Positions 8,519 through 19,204 are shown, numbered from the stretch's first letter. The stretch is 64,000 nt of DNA from Candidatus Poribacteria bacterium (GCA_965215265.1 OZ244048.1:2656001-2720000); one strand, 5' to 3'. Translations and numbers: made by a program. The notes: generated from the sequence alone by a model not told the origin.

Positions 8519-11332
8519 ATGTTTGACGTAACCTATCCCGCCTTCTTAATCTTACTCGCTGCGCTCCCTTTTCTGATCTTTGTTCTGCGCCAGACAAAGG
8601 TTGCATCGTCAAAATGGCGACAATGGCTGACGTTCAGTCTCAGGTGCAGCGCGATTTTCTGTGCCGTACTCGCCTTGGCAAACTTGCAACGAACCCATCA
8701 CGAACAACGCCTTGCCGTTGTTTTTCTTATAGATACGTCCGACAGCGTTGCGAAATCCGAACGGATGCGAGCCTTCCAGAAAATTAACGCCGCTGTCGCC
8801 AAATTGAAACCTACCGACCTGTTTGGAATTATCGGGTTTGCACAAGAAACATCCATCCTGCAAGATCTCCGGCCGAAGGCAGAGCAGCCCTTGGTAACAT
8901 CGATGGACGTTGACGCAACGATATCGAGTGCTGGAACTGATATTCTCGCGGCACTTAAGCGCGCAATTGCTCTTCTTCCGGAGGGCTATCAACGACGGAT
9001 TGTACTTTTTAGTGACGGTATTCATAACGCAGCCGGCACTGCGCTTATCGACTATCTCCCTCTTATACAAGCGAGCAATGTCGAGATTTTGACAGTACCG
9101 CTCCAAACTGTCCGGGATGCGCTTCAAGTCCATCAATTGCAGCTGCCGGCACAGGTTCGAAAGGGACAACCGTTTTCAATAGCGGCAATCGTTGAGACGG
9201 ATGGAAGTATCCGAACTGTAAATGCTACACTCTATCACAATGACGTTCCAATCTACCAGAGTGAATGGACGCTCCCGAGCGGTAAAAATCAGCTCGCACT
9301 CCCGGCACAACAACTCTCGGAAGAGGGTATCCATACCTACCAACTCAAACTGAATGTAACCGACGAAATCCCGGAAAATAATTCTGCTTATGAAGTCGTC
9401 AAGGTTCAAGGCAAACGTCAGGCAATATATGTAGAAAACGGAGAAGAGGTCGGAAAACAAGGAGCTGCACTTCCGCTAAAAACAGTTCTGGTGGAAAACG
9501 GGTTTGAGGTGGAGATGCTTTCCCCACCAGAAATTCCAACCGAATTGGTAAATCTACAACGAAGTGACGTGCTAATCCTAAGTAATATCTCTGCAGATGC
9601 TTTCTCAACGCAGCAGTTGTCCAACATAGAGCGTTATGTTAGTGAACTTGGGCACGGCTTAGTTGTGATTGGGGGCGACAATGCTTTCGGGCCGGGGGGC
9701 TATGCTGATACTGCGTTGGAACGCGTCCTCCCCGTGGAAATGACACCGCGCGAACGGAAGGATTCCATCGCGCTCTTTTTTGTGATTGATATCTCCGGAA
9801 GCATGGCGAACTATGTTGAAACCCAGCAGAAAATTCAACTCGCTATTGAGGGGGTACGGGCAGGCATCCGCAATTTGAAAGACGAAGATGTGGCTGGACT
9901 CATCGGCTTCAACACAGAAGTTTATGTCATCGCCCAACTCACATCGGAACACGATACGCTGCGCCAAGCAGCAGGAACACTTCGCCCTACAGGTGGAACA
10001 ACGAAGATGAAAGAGGCACTTGATAAGGCAGGCGACATCCTAAAAGCAGCCGATGCAAAACGGAAGCACATCATCCTCCTCTCCGATGGCAATTCTGCGG
10101 GCGAACGTTCTGATTTTCTTACACTTGCCAACGAATTGACACGTGTACACATCGGAATCACCACACTTGCAATAGGTGATGCTGACAAAGCACTGCTTGA
10201 GGAGGTTGCTACAGTTGGCGGTGGCCGTTCACGCTACGTACAAAACGTGCAAGAATTGCCGGTGATTTTGATGGAGACTGTTAAGCAAACGCAAAGTTAT
10301 ATCCTTCAAGAGCCGTTTCAACCGATTCTAACAGATTTAGACGCTCCGCTTTTGGAAGGTATCCGTATGCTGCCGAGGCTCCACGGCTATGTCGCAACTG
10401 CCGAAAAAGAGTTCGCTCAACTCTTTATCCGTTCACATCGGGATGAACCTATTCTGGCCGGCTGGAATTTTGGCTTAGGAAAAAGTATCGCCTGGACTTC
10501 GGATGTCAAACCTGCCTGGGCGCGCGAGTGGGTGCCGTGGCAAAATTTCGGAAGGTTTTGGGGGCAAGTCGTTAATTGGACACTCCGGACCGAGGATGAA
10601 GATACTGACTTTGAGCTCAACGTCTTGAGACAGAACAGTCAAGGCGAGGTGATTATCGATACACAACGTCCGTCACAGGCAACCTATCACCTCCACGTTG
10701 CAGGGCCCGATGGTTCGCGCGATATAGCTACTATGCAACAAACGACACCGACGCGCTACACAGGAAATTTCCGCCTAACAGACAGCGGTGCCTATATCGT
10801 CACCGTAAAGCGGGCAAGTGATAACCGTAAATTGACAGCGACGCTTTCTTTCGCGTACCCGGCGGAATATGCAGAATTCCGAGTGAATTCCCAATTACTG
10901 AAAAGCATCGGAATTTACGAACCGTCCGTAAACCGGCTCGTCCAACATTCAGGCGAACCGATAGAAAATCGCGTCTCGTTGGCTCATACGTTACTAATTG
11001 TGGCTCTCATTCTCTTTGTCTTAGAAATGATTCTTCGCAGAATGAGCATTGCAAACCATTACCTCTCAGAACTATGGGGCCGATTGTGGAACAAACCGAA
11101 CCAAAATGTTCCGGAAATGCTCATTCGGCTGACTCGTAAAAAAGCGGATGCTGTCGGGGCTCCTAATAGCCAGGTTGCTGTGCCAATGGGAGCCGCACGT
11201 GCAACTGCTGCAGCGTATAAAAATACTCACTTTCAAAACAGTACGGAGCAGGAAACGGGCAATAGGGACGTTATGTCGCAGTTGTTAGATGCGAAAAGAA
11301 AGGCCCGTTCGGCCTATACGGACGATTTGTAA
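8519..11332 (+). CDS. Membrane-anchored VWA-domain protein with a glutamine-amidotransferase-like domain
   Basis: Two MIDAS motifs (IDTSDSV, IDISGSM), LFSDG/LLSDG, GGDNAFGPGGY..T.LERVLPV, GLGKSIAWTSD; N- and C-terminal TM helices. Confidence 0.85.
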   Translation: MFDVTYPAFLILLAALPFLIFVLRQTKVASSKWRQWLTFSLRCSAIFCAVLALANLQRTHHEQRLAVVFLIDTSDSVAKSERMRAFQKINAAVAKLKPTDLFGIIGFAQETSILQDLRPKAEQPLVTSMDVDATISSAGTDILAALKRAIALLPEGYQRRIVLFSDGIHNAAGTALIDYLPLIQASNVEILTVPLQTVRDALQVHQLQLPAQVRKGQPFSIAAIVETDGSIRTVNATLYHNDVPIYQSEWTLPSGKNQLALPAQQLSEEGIHTYQLKLNVTDEIPENNSAYEVVKVQGKRQAIYVENGEEVGKQGAALPLKTVLVENGFEVEMLSPPEIPTELVNLQRSDVLILSNISADAFSTQQLSNIERYVSELGHGLVVIGGDNAFGPGGYADTALERVLPVEMTPRERKDSIALFFVIDISGSMANYVETQQKIQLAIEGVRAGIRNLKDEDVAGLIGFNTEVYVIAQLTSEHDTLRQAAGTLRPTGGTTKMKEALDKAGDILKAADAKRKHIILLSDGNSAGERSDFLTLANELTRVHIGITTLAIGDADKALLEEVATVGGGRSRYVQNVQELPVILMETVKQTQSYILQEPFQPILTDLDAPLLEGIRMLPRLHGYVATAEKEFAQLFIRSHRDEPILAGWNFGLGKSIAWTSDVKPAWAREWVPWQNFGRFWGQVVNWTLRTEDEDTDFELNVLRQNSQGEVIIDTQRPSQATYHLHVAGPDGSRDIATMQQTTPTRYTGNFRLTDSGAYIVTVKRASDNRKLTATLSFAYPAEYAEFRVNSQLLKSIGIYEPSVNRLVQHSGEPIENRVSLAHTLLIVALILFVLEMILRRMSIANHYLSELWGRLWNKPNQNVPEMLIRLTRKKADAVGAPNSQVAVPMGAARATAAAYKNTHFQNSTEQETGNRDVMSQLLDAKRKARSAYTDDL

Positions 11333-11417
11333 TTGACACCGTTATCTCACTGTATTAAAATAGACGTTGTCAATTATGATCCGAACAAGGTTAAAAACGC
11401 TTTTTAGGAGGAAACCT

Positions 11418-12320
11418 ATGGCAAAAGTCGGGCTCATCGGAGCTGGAAACATGGGAATCGGAATGTCAAGAAACATCTTGAAAGCAGGACATGAACTCAC
11501 GGTATACGATGTGAGGCAGGAGCCTCTACAAGTCCTTGCAAAAGAGGGGGCGCATGCTGCTGCATCTCCGAAAGAGGTTGGCGAACTTGCAGAGGCAGTC
11601 TTTATCATGGTGCTTAACGTGGCTCAGGTTAAAGCCGTGCTTCTCACAGAAACCGGGTTATTAGCGGGACTCAAACCCGGTGCCACCGTTATCTGTACTG
11701 CCACGATCGGGCGTTCACAAGTGCTGGAGGTGGCAGAGCTCCTAACTAAGAACGGGTTTAATATCATTGATGCGCCTGTTAGTGGCGGGGCCCCGGGCGC
11801 GGCTGCTGGTACCCTCACGATGATGGTTGCGGCACCAAAAGAGACGTTTGAGGCATCAAAACCGGTGCTTGAAGCTGTAGGAAAAGACATCTATCACGTT
11901 GGCGAAGAAGTTGGGATGGGACAAACCGTCAAATCTGCATTAGCAGTCCTGATCGGTGTTACGTACGCCGGTATCTTTGAGGCACTCACGCTCGCAGTAA
12001 AGGCAGGCGTAGATCCGGAGATACTGCGCGACGTTGTCAGCACCAGCGTTGTCGGAAACTTCCTTTTTCAGGATACCACAGAAAACATCTTAACCCGGAA
12101 CTTTAAGGGCCAAAGCAATATCGGTACTATGTACAAAGACCTGAGCCTTGCCAAAAATATGGCGAACGACTGCGGGGTACCACTCTTTGCCGCAAGTAGC
12201 GCCTTTGAATTATTTCAGGCCGGAAAAGCAATGAACCCCGATGAAGATAATTGGACGATTATCAAAATTCTGGAGAGTATCGCCGGTGTCGAAGTCAGAA
12301 GAGTAACTGATGCCGAGTGA
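11418..12320 (+). CDS. NAD(P)-dependent beta-hydroxyacid dehydrogenase (3-hydroxyisobutyrate/L-threonate DH family)
   Basis: GLIGAGNMG, DAPVSGG, GTLTMM; AGGAGG RBS before ATG 11418. Confidence 0.9.
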   Translation: MAKVGLIGAGNMGIGMSRNILKAGHELTVYDVRQEPLQVLAKEGAHAAASPKEVGELAEAVFIMVLNVAQVKAVLLTETGLLAGLKPGATVICTATIGRSQVLEVAELLTKNGFNIIDAPVSGGAPGAAAGTLTMMVAAPKETFEASKPVLEAVGKDIYHVGEEVGMGQTVKSALAVLIGVTYAGIFEALTLAVKAGVDPEILRDVVSTSVVGNFLFQDTTENILTRNFKGQSNIGTMYKDLSLAKNMANDCGVPLFAASSAFELFQAGKAMNPDEDNWTIIKILESIAGVEVRRVTDAE

Positions 12321-12345
12321 CTGCTTTCAAGCGAAAGGCAAGCGA

Positions 12346-13206
12346 ATGCTAAAACTGGGAACCATAACTGATGGAATTAGCCGGGATTTCGAGTACGCTC
12401 TCGACATCATGCTCGAAACCGGCTTGGAATACGTTGAATTACAGTACCTTTGGGAAAAACAGATTGGCGACTTGACACCTGCCGATGTCAAAAAGGTTAA
12501 GCGCTTAATCGAAGCACGCGATTTAAAGGTATCGTGTATCTCACACCATAATCTATCCGCCATTCCGGTGGATATAGCCACAGACGCGCCGCTCTATCGA
12601 GCTCAGATCGAAACGCTGCAGCGGTGTATTGACACCGCACAAGAACTCGGTACTCAACTCGTCCGAATTTTTAGCTTCCGGAAGGAGATGGTGCTTTTCG
12701 GTGCAGAGCCTATTATCGCTGAAGGCGCATGGGCGACACTCCTGAACCGATTGGAAGAGCCTCTGAGTATGGCAGAAAGTGCCGGTATCACATTGGTTGT
12801 TGAAACCGCGATCTCTGGAAACGTGACATCTGCAGCTCTTGCACGGAAACTGATTGATGAGTTGGGCTCACCATATTTGAAGGTGCTATGGGATCCGTGT
12901 AGTTCTCTCTATTGTACCGAAGTACCTTATCCTGATGGATATGAGATTATCCGGGACCACATCGCGCACGTTCATCTCAAAGATGGAATTGTGAATCTGC
13001 CTGCTGCTACTTTTGATTTTTGCGCGATGCGTCAAGGACAGATGCTCCCTTACTACGATGCCATCGTGAATGCATTAAAAACGGATGGATATCAAGGGGC
13101 AATTTCGTTAGAGAGTGTCTGTACGCCGGAGGGCGGGACACGCGAGGACGGTTTTCGGGAGTCGCTTCCTGTGTTTAAAGAATTTATGGGAGTTGCAGCC
13201 CTTTAA
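12346..13206 (+). CDS. Sugar phosphate isomerase/epimerase (xylose isomerase-like TIM barrel)
   Basis: GLEYVEL, LVVET, VLWDP, HVHLKD, YQGAISLE. Confidence 0.85.
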   Translation: MLKLGTITDGISRDFEYALDIMLETGLEYVELQYLWEKQIGDLTPADVKKVKRLIEARDLKVSCISHHNLSAIPVDIATDAPLYRAQIETLQRCIDTAQELGTQLVRIFSFRKEMVLFGAEPIIAEGAWATLLNRLEEPLSMAESAGITLVVETAISGNVTSAALARKLIDELGSPYLKVLWDPCSSLYCTEVPYPDGYEIIRDHIAHVHLKDGIVNLPAATFDFCAMRQGQMLPYYDAIVNALKTDGYQGAISLESVCTPEGGTREDGFRESLPVFKEFMGVAAL

Positions 13207-13540
13207 CCGCTTATCAGCCCTAAAAACCCAAACCTGCCAGCCGGATTTTATCCCCCTCGCATGCAAAACGGAAGCGCGGGCGAGGTATACAACCCTCTCA
13301 CGCGCTTACAAATTGTCGTAGATATGCCGGCGGGCGGGGCTGGCTGTTTAGGGATACAGCACCAGAACCCCCAGTCAAACGGCTTATCTGGCAGCTTCCT
13401 CTGTTTGTTTCCAAAGCATCCAATTCACGAAAAGTTTCACGAGAGATTTTTGCGAGAGTAGACTACCACTGCGTTTACACAATACAAAATCCGATAACGT
13501 ATAGAAATATTAACTTGTGTTCGCCGCAGAATCTAACAAA

Positions 13541-13574
13541 TAAGGTTGCAGTCAAAATCTTGACTGCAACCTTA
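13541..13574 (-). terminator. Hairpin terminator downstream of the 13583-14887 gene
   Basis: Perfect 15-bp inverted repeat TAAGGTTGCAGTCAA-aatc-TTGACTGCAACCTTA, 8 nt after the stop codon. Confidence 0.75.
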
Positions 13575-13582
13575 GGTCTGAA

Positions 13583-14887
13583 TTATTTAGCGGATTTTAA
13601 GCTGCCCCAGCGGGTCACTAACTTACCAGCAGGTTCTACCGGGGTGCCTACGCCGCCCGTCGGTTTAAAGACAGCTGTCACGTCTGTTCCACCAACGCCG
13701 GCGAACAGGCTCCAGCCGCCGCCACGTTCACTGACTTTCACCAGCAACAGATTGTCGCCGGCTACCAAGTCAACTTTAAAATCGTCTTGGAAGTCGCCAG
13801 CCCCACGGTTCACGGGATTGGTATGCACTACCTCGCCGTTCAACCACACTTTAACAGAGTCATCGCTTCCGACTTTCATGGGTACACCGCTTTGGGCAGT
13901 TGGGGATTCAAGGGTGATTAGTCCGTAGATTGAATGGTCGTTGATGTCCATATCATCTGCGGTATCTTCGGGATCCCCGCCGTCTACCAAGCCGATCCGA
14001 TTGATAAGATCATTGGCATTATTACCGCCGGTGTCAGCGATTTCGCCGAGTGTCCAGGCAAATTCTCCGACTTCGTCGCCTTCGTTTGCCCCGTTGGTGG
14101 CAACATCGGCCTCAGTGACGGCATCGCCGCTCGCGGCAGCAAGCGAATCTACATCAGTAGAAGCTGCGCCACCTTGGTTCGCTTCCGTCGGCGCTATTAT
14201 CCAGAGCCAGGGACCCGTGATTTTCCCGCTAACAGGCGGCACTGGTTTTTTGTAGACGGCTGTGACATCTGCATCAACGCCGGCGAACAGGCTCCAGCCG
14301 CCGCCGCGTTCGCTGACTTTCACCAGCAATAGATTGTCACCAGCAACTAAATTCACTTCAAACTCATCTTGGAAATCGCCAGCCCCACGGTTGACAGGAT
14401 TGTTGTGAACTTCTTCGCCGTTCAGCCATACTTTGACAGAGTCATCACTGCCGACTTTCATTGTCACGCCGGATTGCTCTGTGGCAGACTCAAGGGTGAT
14501 TAGTCCGTAGATTGAATGGTCGTTGATGTCCATATCATCTGCGGTATCTTCGGGATCTCCGCCGTCTACCAAGCCGATCCGATTGATAAGATCATTGGCA
14601 TTATTACCGCCGGTGTCAGCGATTTCGCCGAGTGTCCAGGCAAACTCACCGACTTCGTCGCCTTCGTTTGCCCCGTTGGCGGCAACATCGGCCTCAGTGA
14701 CGGCATCGCCGCTCGCGGCAGCAAGCGAATCTACATCAGTAGAATTTGCGCCACCTTGGTTCGCTTCCGTCGGCGCTATTATCCAGAGCCAAGGACCTGT
14801 AATTTTATCTTGGGCTTGGGATGTATACGCAATGAGGAAAAGACTCATCAAACAGACCAGCCCGATTGAAAATGTTTTTCTAAACAT
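13583..14887 (-). CDS. Secreted protein with two tandem ~194-aa PA14-like domains and a Poribacteria-type C-terminal motif
   Basis: Signal peptide; duplicated ITGPWLW...GSDDSVKVWLNG...GDNLLLVKV..GGWS; ends PVEPAGKLVTRWGSLK. Confidence 0.85.
   Translation of the reverse strand: MFRKTFSIGLVCLMSLFLIAYTSQAQDKITGPWLWIIAPTEANQGGANSTDVDSLAAASGDAVTEADVAANGANEGDEVGEFAWTLGEIADTGGNNANDLINRIGLVDGGDPEDTADDMDINDHSIYGLITLESATEQSGVTMKVGSDDSVKVWLNGEEVHNNPVNRGAGDFQDEFEVNLVAGDNLLLVKVSERGGGWSLFAGVDADVTAVYKKPVPPVSGKITGPWLWIIAPTEANQGGAASTDVDSLAAASGDAVTEADVATNGANEGDEVGEFAWTLGEIADTGGNNANDLINRIGLVDGGDPEDTADDMDINDHSIYGLITLESPTAQSGVPMKVGSDDSVKVWLNGEVVHTNPVNRGAGDFQDDFKVDLVAGDNLLLVKVSERGGGWSLFAGVGGTDVTAVFKPTGGVGTPVEPAGKLVTRWGSLKSAK
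13680..14802. repeat. Intragenic tandem duplication, 582-bp period
   Basis: For example, 13908-14200 is nearly identical to 14490-14782. Confidence 0.95.
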
Positions 14888-15047
14888 GTAAACCTCCGTT
14901 CAATTTAATAAAAATTAAAGTGAAATTTAATTAATGTTAACTCTCCGATTCGCAACACTATCGATGCGAAGAGAGAGACCTTCTTTTCTTCTTAAATAAT
15001 ATAACAAAACAACACAATTAAATCAAGCAGAAAACGCGAACGCGTGC

Positions 15048-15740
15048 CTAATACGCGTCTTTAATTTTTCCCCATTGCGTTGCCAATTTACCGACTGGTT
15101 CAACGGGAAGCCCTTTGAACTTCAGATTGTAGGTGAGATCAGCATCGATACCGACGAACATACTCCAACCGCCGCCGCGTTCACACACCTTAACCATAAA
15201 CACATTATCGCCTTTTTTTAAATCGACCTCAAATGTGTCCTGAAAATCACCTGCACCACGGTTGACAGGATTGTTGTGAACTTCTTCGCCGTTCATCCAG
15301 ACCTTAATCGAATCATCACTTCCGGCCCGGGCTTCAACATTATCACGCTTTTGTTTGGAGACAACATTGATGACAGAGTAGGCACAATAATCGTTGATAT
15401 CGCCGCCAGGTCCCAATTTAATTTTGTTAAGCATGTCGTTGAGGTTATTTCCACCGACGGGTGCTATTTCACCTTCGGTCCATTCCAGTTTGTCAGGAAA
15501 CTTAACTTTTAGGATTTTATCGGTAATGCCTTCTTCGGCGACTTCTTCTTCGGTAAGTTTGCCTTTTGTGGCTTCATCTATTCCGTCAATATCTGTAGCT
15601 GCTGCTCCGCCCTGTCCAGCATCACTCGGAGTGATTATCCACATCCAAGGACCTTCAATTTTATCCAAGGCATTGGCGAAGTGCACCGTCAGAAAAAATC
15701 CGACTGCACAGAATACGGAAATCCACAATTTTCTTTGCAT
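15048..15740 (-). CDS. Secreted single-domain paralogue of the 13583-14887 protein (PA14-like)
   Basis: IEGPWMW, GSDDSIKVWMNG, ERGGGWS; ends PVEPVGKLATQWGKIK; AGGAG RBS before ATG 15740. Confidence 0.85.
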   Translation of the reverse strand: MQRKLWISVFCAVGFFLTVHFANALDKIEGPWMWIITPSDAGQGGAAATDIDGIDEATKGKLTEEEVAEEGITDKILKVKFPDKLEWTEGEIAPVGGNNLNDMLNKIKLGPGGDINDYCAYSVINVVSKQKRDNVEARAGSDDSIKVWMNGEEVHNNPVNRGAGDFQDTFEVDLKKGDNVFMVKVCERGGGWSMFVGIDADLTYNLKFKGLPVEPVGKLATQWGKIKDAY

Positions 15741-15934
15741 GGAAACTCTCCTCCTTCCTTTAAAATTAAACACAGACAACATTTTGTCTTTTATAATATA
15801 GCAAGATAATTATTATACCAGATATCCAAAAAAGAAGTCAAGAAGTTTTTTTTCGCTTACTTTCCGTTGACAACTTGGCAAAACTAGCGTATAATTAAAA
15901 ACAGAATTCAAAACAGAACCTGAAAACCAGTCTC

Positions 15935-16629
15935 ATGCAAACACCAAAACAGAAACTACAAACACTCCTCCAACAACTCTTCCGCGCCGATGATGTGCAT
16001 CTAAAAACCGAAGTCATCCCTGTGTCTGACTTTATACTTAACACATATTATGAAGGGGGGGGGTAAATCCAACCTTACCCTCGCGCCCGACTTGGCTTGA
16101 AATCGCCAAATTCATCCACTTCCTCGCCGACATAGAAGACTTCCAAAAACACCTCTGGCTCAAAAAGAAGTTTGTCTTCTCTACCGACTACTGCCTCACG
16201 CGCGACTGTGTCCCTGAAATCGTACATAACCGCGCGCAACACGAGGCATGGGAACGCCCCTTCGCGATTGAGGACATCGCAGGTTACCTCACCAATACGG
16301 ACTATTCTGAGCCGCTCACGGTGGATTTTCTCCAGCAAAACCCGAATCTCGTTCTGTATACCTGCCACTTCGACGCGGACTTCAAAGACCGGCTGCTGGC
16401 ACATTTTACGGATTTGGATGCCCAAACGGATGGACTGCTCATTCACGGTGAGAATTTCCAAGCACTAAATCTTCTGATGGAGAAATATCGTGGCCCCCTA
16501 AGAGGTATTCACATCCATCTGCCCTATAACACCAACATAAGTGGATTTCTGTACAAAAAGCTTATCGCCACTCAAGCTGGTTATTGTGATACTGACCGAT
16601 TTTGTAAGTTTTTCAAGGAGTCTATATGA
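15935..16629 (+). pseudogene. Decayed type III restriction-modification Mod (adenine methyltransferase) gene
   Basis: Fragments MQTPKQKLQTLLQQLFRADD, FQKHLWLKKKFVFSTDYCLT and DGLLIHGENFQALNLL..KYRG..IHIHLPYNT lie in different frames. The expected DPPY reads HLPY and the gene is truncated. Confidence 0.7.
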
Positions 16630-18863
16630 ATGAGGCACACGCCCGGGTGCGTATTAATTCAATGATAGAATCAGCTGGATTCAAAACACATAATTTCAAC
16701 AGTTCCGATCCCTCTGTTGAATATGAACGTGATGTCCGCAACCATCTCATGCGTGATCGATTGAATAAGGCTGGCAAAGTTCCTGACTATCATTTCTATG
16801 AACCGAATGCCGCTACCCCTATGGCATTCTTAGAGGCCAAACGTTTTCAAGGTGTAAAATTAGAGGATGCTCTTAAGCAAGCAATTGAATATGCAATGAT
16901 TGCTTGTGATACTAACACGCCCGCTATGATAGTTTTTGCATCAGATGGCATACAGGTGCGTTCACGGCATGCTGATGGGCGGGAGTTAACACTGAATAAC
17001 TACCCTATTGATTATATTCCGTCGCCCATCCTTATGCGCGAATTGATTGTGCACCCTACGACGACACAAGGACAAGCGATAAACAGCGTTAAAAGTATCA
17101 TCAAACTCTTTGAAAAGGTGTCGGGGCTCATGCGATCTGACGGCATAGATGCTGGGCTGGAAAGGCTCAGGGAATTCTGCGCCTTGCTTTTCATCAAGAT
17201 TATGAGTGAGAGAGGCAACACATTAGCCCGTGAAAAATGGGATTGCCTTTCGTCTATCACAGGTCAGAATTTGATCTGTGGGTACAAAACTATTCATCAA
17301 GAGTATAGAAAGACTTATGGTGATATCTTCTCGGCAACACAACTCAACAATCCTGTTATTCTTGAGCAGATTATATCCAGCCTCATCCCCATAAACTTCA
17401 CGAATTCTGCAATAGACATAAAAGGCGAGGCGTTTGAGTATTTCCTTGCTGAATATAACGCAGGTGCGAAAAGCGAACTCGGCCAACATTTCACACCGCG
17501 CCATATCACCACTATGATGGCAGCTTTGTTGTCACCCCAAACCGGTGACAAAATCCTTGATCCGTTTTGTGGTACGGGGGGAATGCTCATCTCTATGTAT
17601 CAGTATATAAGAATGGGGCTTGACTCTGAAAAAGCCGACTTTAGAAACAAGTTGCATGAGTTGCAGCGTGCAACTCTTTTCGGGAACGATATTTCTGGCG
17701 GTGCATCCAGCCTGGCCAAAATGAATATGATAATTTTGGGAGATGGGCAAAGCAACATACAACGTGCTGATAGTTTTGATAATTTAGAGCATCACGCATA
17801 CGACAAAGTCATTACCAATATTCCGTTCAACCTCAAAGGGCCAATTAACGCACAACAATGTCTTCCATTTATTCAGGCAAGTGGAATGCCACTTTCTGAT
17901 TACAATAGCTTATGTGTGGTTAAATGCATTGAGTCACTGAAGCATGGCGGCTCAGCGGCTATCGTGCTGCCGCTCACCTTCTGTCATTCACCTGAGTATA
18001 AACAGATTAGAGATTACATCGCAAGAAAAAGTAAGATAAGGGCATGCATTCGGTTACCTAAAAAGACCTTCATTTTCTATACGACTGCACAAACAGCAAT
18101 CCTTATCATCGACAATGCCCATAGACAGCAAACTCGCGATTTTACCTATATCCATCTTAAATCTGACGGCATGTCACAAGACAGCATGAGAGAACCCATC
18201 CCTGAAAATGATATGCAGGAATTGCTGGAATACATATCAGAAAATCGGATACACGAGACACCGGGGGCGGTTGAGATGCAATATAGCAAGGGTGGGAGTT
18301 TCTTGGAATTTCAACAATTGTTTGGTAGTAGTGAAAATGTTTGGAAGTTAGAGGAACTCTTGACGATAAAAGATACCAAACAACCCCTTGAACCTGATAG
18401 GTTGTATGCCCAACCCGGACTTGACAGCCAATCGAATCTTGTGCGTGTAAAGGGAAATCTCCGTTTGGGAAGGAATATCAAAGCAGAGAAGGTTATCGCC
18501 CAAGCAGGTGACTTAATTATCGGCACGCTACATACAAATAGTGGGAACGGTCTTTTTGCCGTAGCTGATCGCGAGTATATCTGCACTTCACAGATTGTAG
18601 CCACAATCCGTGAGGATAGAGTGCCGCCTGAATATCTCATACAAGCACTCCGCAGAGAGTTTTCGAGACAACTTATTCCGACAGATTTAGTAGGACGTGA
18701 AAACTTCACATCCAAGCAGATTCTAAACGTGCTTATTCCGAAACCGAGTGACGTTGAATTGGAAAAATTGTACCACCTGCAAGAAAATATGACAGAATTA
18801 CAATTAGGTTTGGAGGAAAATAGAAATGAGATTCAACAACTACTGAACAAAATCTCGTCGTAA
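16626..18863 (+). CDS. Fused restriction-modification enzyme: HsdR_N-like nuclease + N6-adenine MTase + TRD (type IIG-like)
   Basis: PDY..LEAK nuclease motif, FASDG, LGQHFTPRHI, ILDPFCGTGG, ITNIPF (motif IV variant), GDLIIG TRD-like C-terminus. Confidence 0.8.
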   Translation: MNEAHARVRINSMIESAGFKTHNFNSSDPSVEYERDVRNHLMRDRLNKAGKVPDYHFYEPNAATPMAFLEAKRFQGVKLEDALKQAIEYAMIACDTNTPAMIVFASDGIQVRSRHADGRELTLNNYPIDYIPSPILMRELIVHPTTTQGQAINSVKSIIKLFEKVSGLMRSDGIDAGLERLREFCALLFIKIMSERGNTLAREKWDCLSSITGQNLICGYKTIHQEYRKTYGDIFSATQLNNPVILEQIISSLIPINFTNSAIDIKGEAFEYFLAEYNAGAKSELGQHFTPRHITTMMAALLSPQTGDKILDPFCGTGGMLISMYQYIRMGLDSEKADFRNKLHELQRATLFGNDISGGASSLAKMNMIILGDGQSNIQRADSFDNLEHHAYDKVITNIPFNLKGPINAQQCLPFIQASGMPLSDYNSLCVVKCIESLKHGGSAAIVLPLTFCHSPEYKQIRDYIARKSKIRACIRLPKKTFIFYTTAQTAILIIDNAHRQQTRDFTYIHLKSDGMSQDSMREPIPENDMQELLEYISENRIHETPGAVEMQYSKGGSFLEFQQLFGSSENVWKLEELLTIKDTKQPLEPDRLYAQPGLDSQSNLVRVKGNLRLGRNIKAEKVIAQAGDLIIGTLHTNSGNGLFAVADREYICTSQIVATIREDRVPPEYLIQALRREFSRQLIPTDLVGRENFTSKQILNVLIPKPSDVELEKLYHLQENMTELQLGLEENRNEIQQLLNKISS

Positions 18864-19204
18864 ATTTCCGAAACCCAAAACGACTTATTGCGAAAAAGTT
18901 TCTCGTTGTTCGCAATTTTCGCTTGTCAAGTCAGTGATTTCCAAAATCACCGGGAACCCCGAGATAACAAACGTTCATTGTAAAGCCATCCGTGCAGTCA
19001 TGACAGCCGTGTTGAACACTGCGCTTTCGGGCTGCTGTTTTTACTGCCGTCTTCGCCGACATTGAACCCGGCTGTGCGCTTATCACTCGGAAATGTCTGT
19101 GGAGAACATCCTAAAAACTTATCAGGTCTCCGCCTAAGAGCAGCGCAGTAATTAGGGAGTTTACTATAAACCCAAGCAGAAATGCTTGAGTTCATTTTAT
19201 GACT

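Noticed and set aside
13207-13460. GC-rich intergenic segment as a riboswitch or MITE
   Set aside because: It lies between convergent genes with only imperfect inverted repeats and has no second copy in the window.
13515-14891. Plus-strand ORFs showing repeated sequence
   Set aside because: Antisense shadows of the duplicated minus-strand gene.
18980-19160. Possible ncRNA (SRP-like TCAGGTCT..AGAGCAGC, or 6S/omega-RNA-like)
   Set aside because: It lacks the SRP GNRA loop geometry. One frame reads like a coding remnant with an internal stop (..FYCRLRRH*TRLCAYHSEMSVENILK..), so a gene fragment is more likely.
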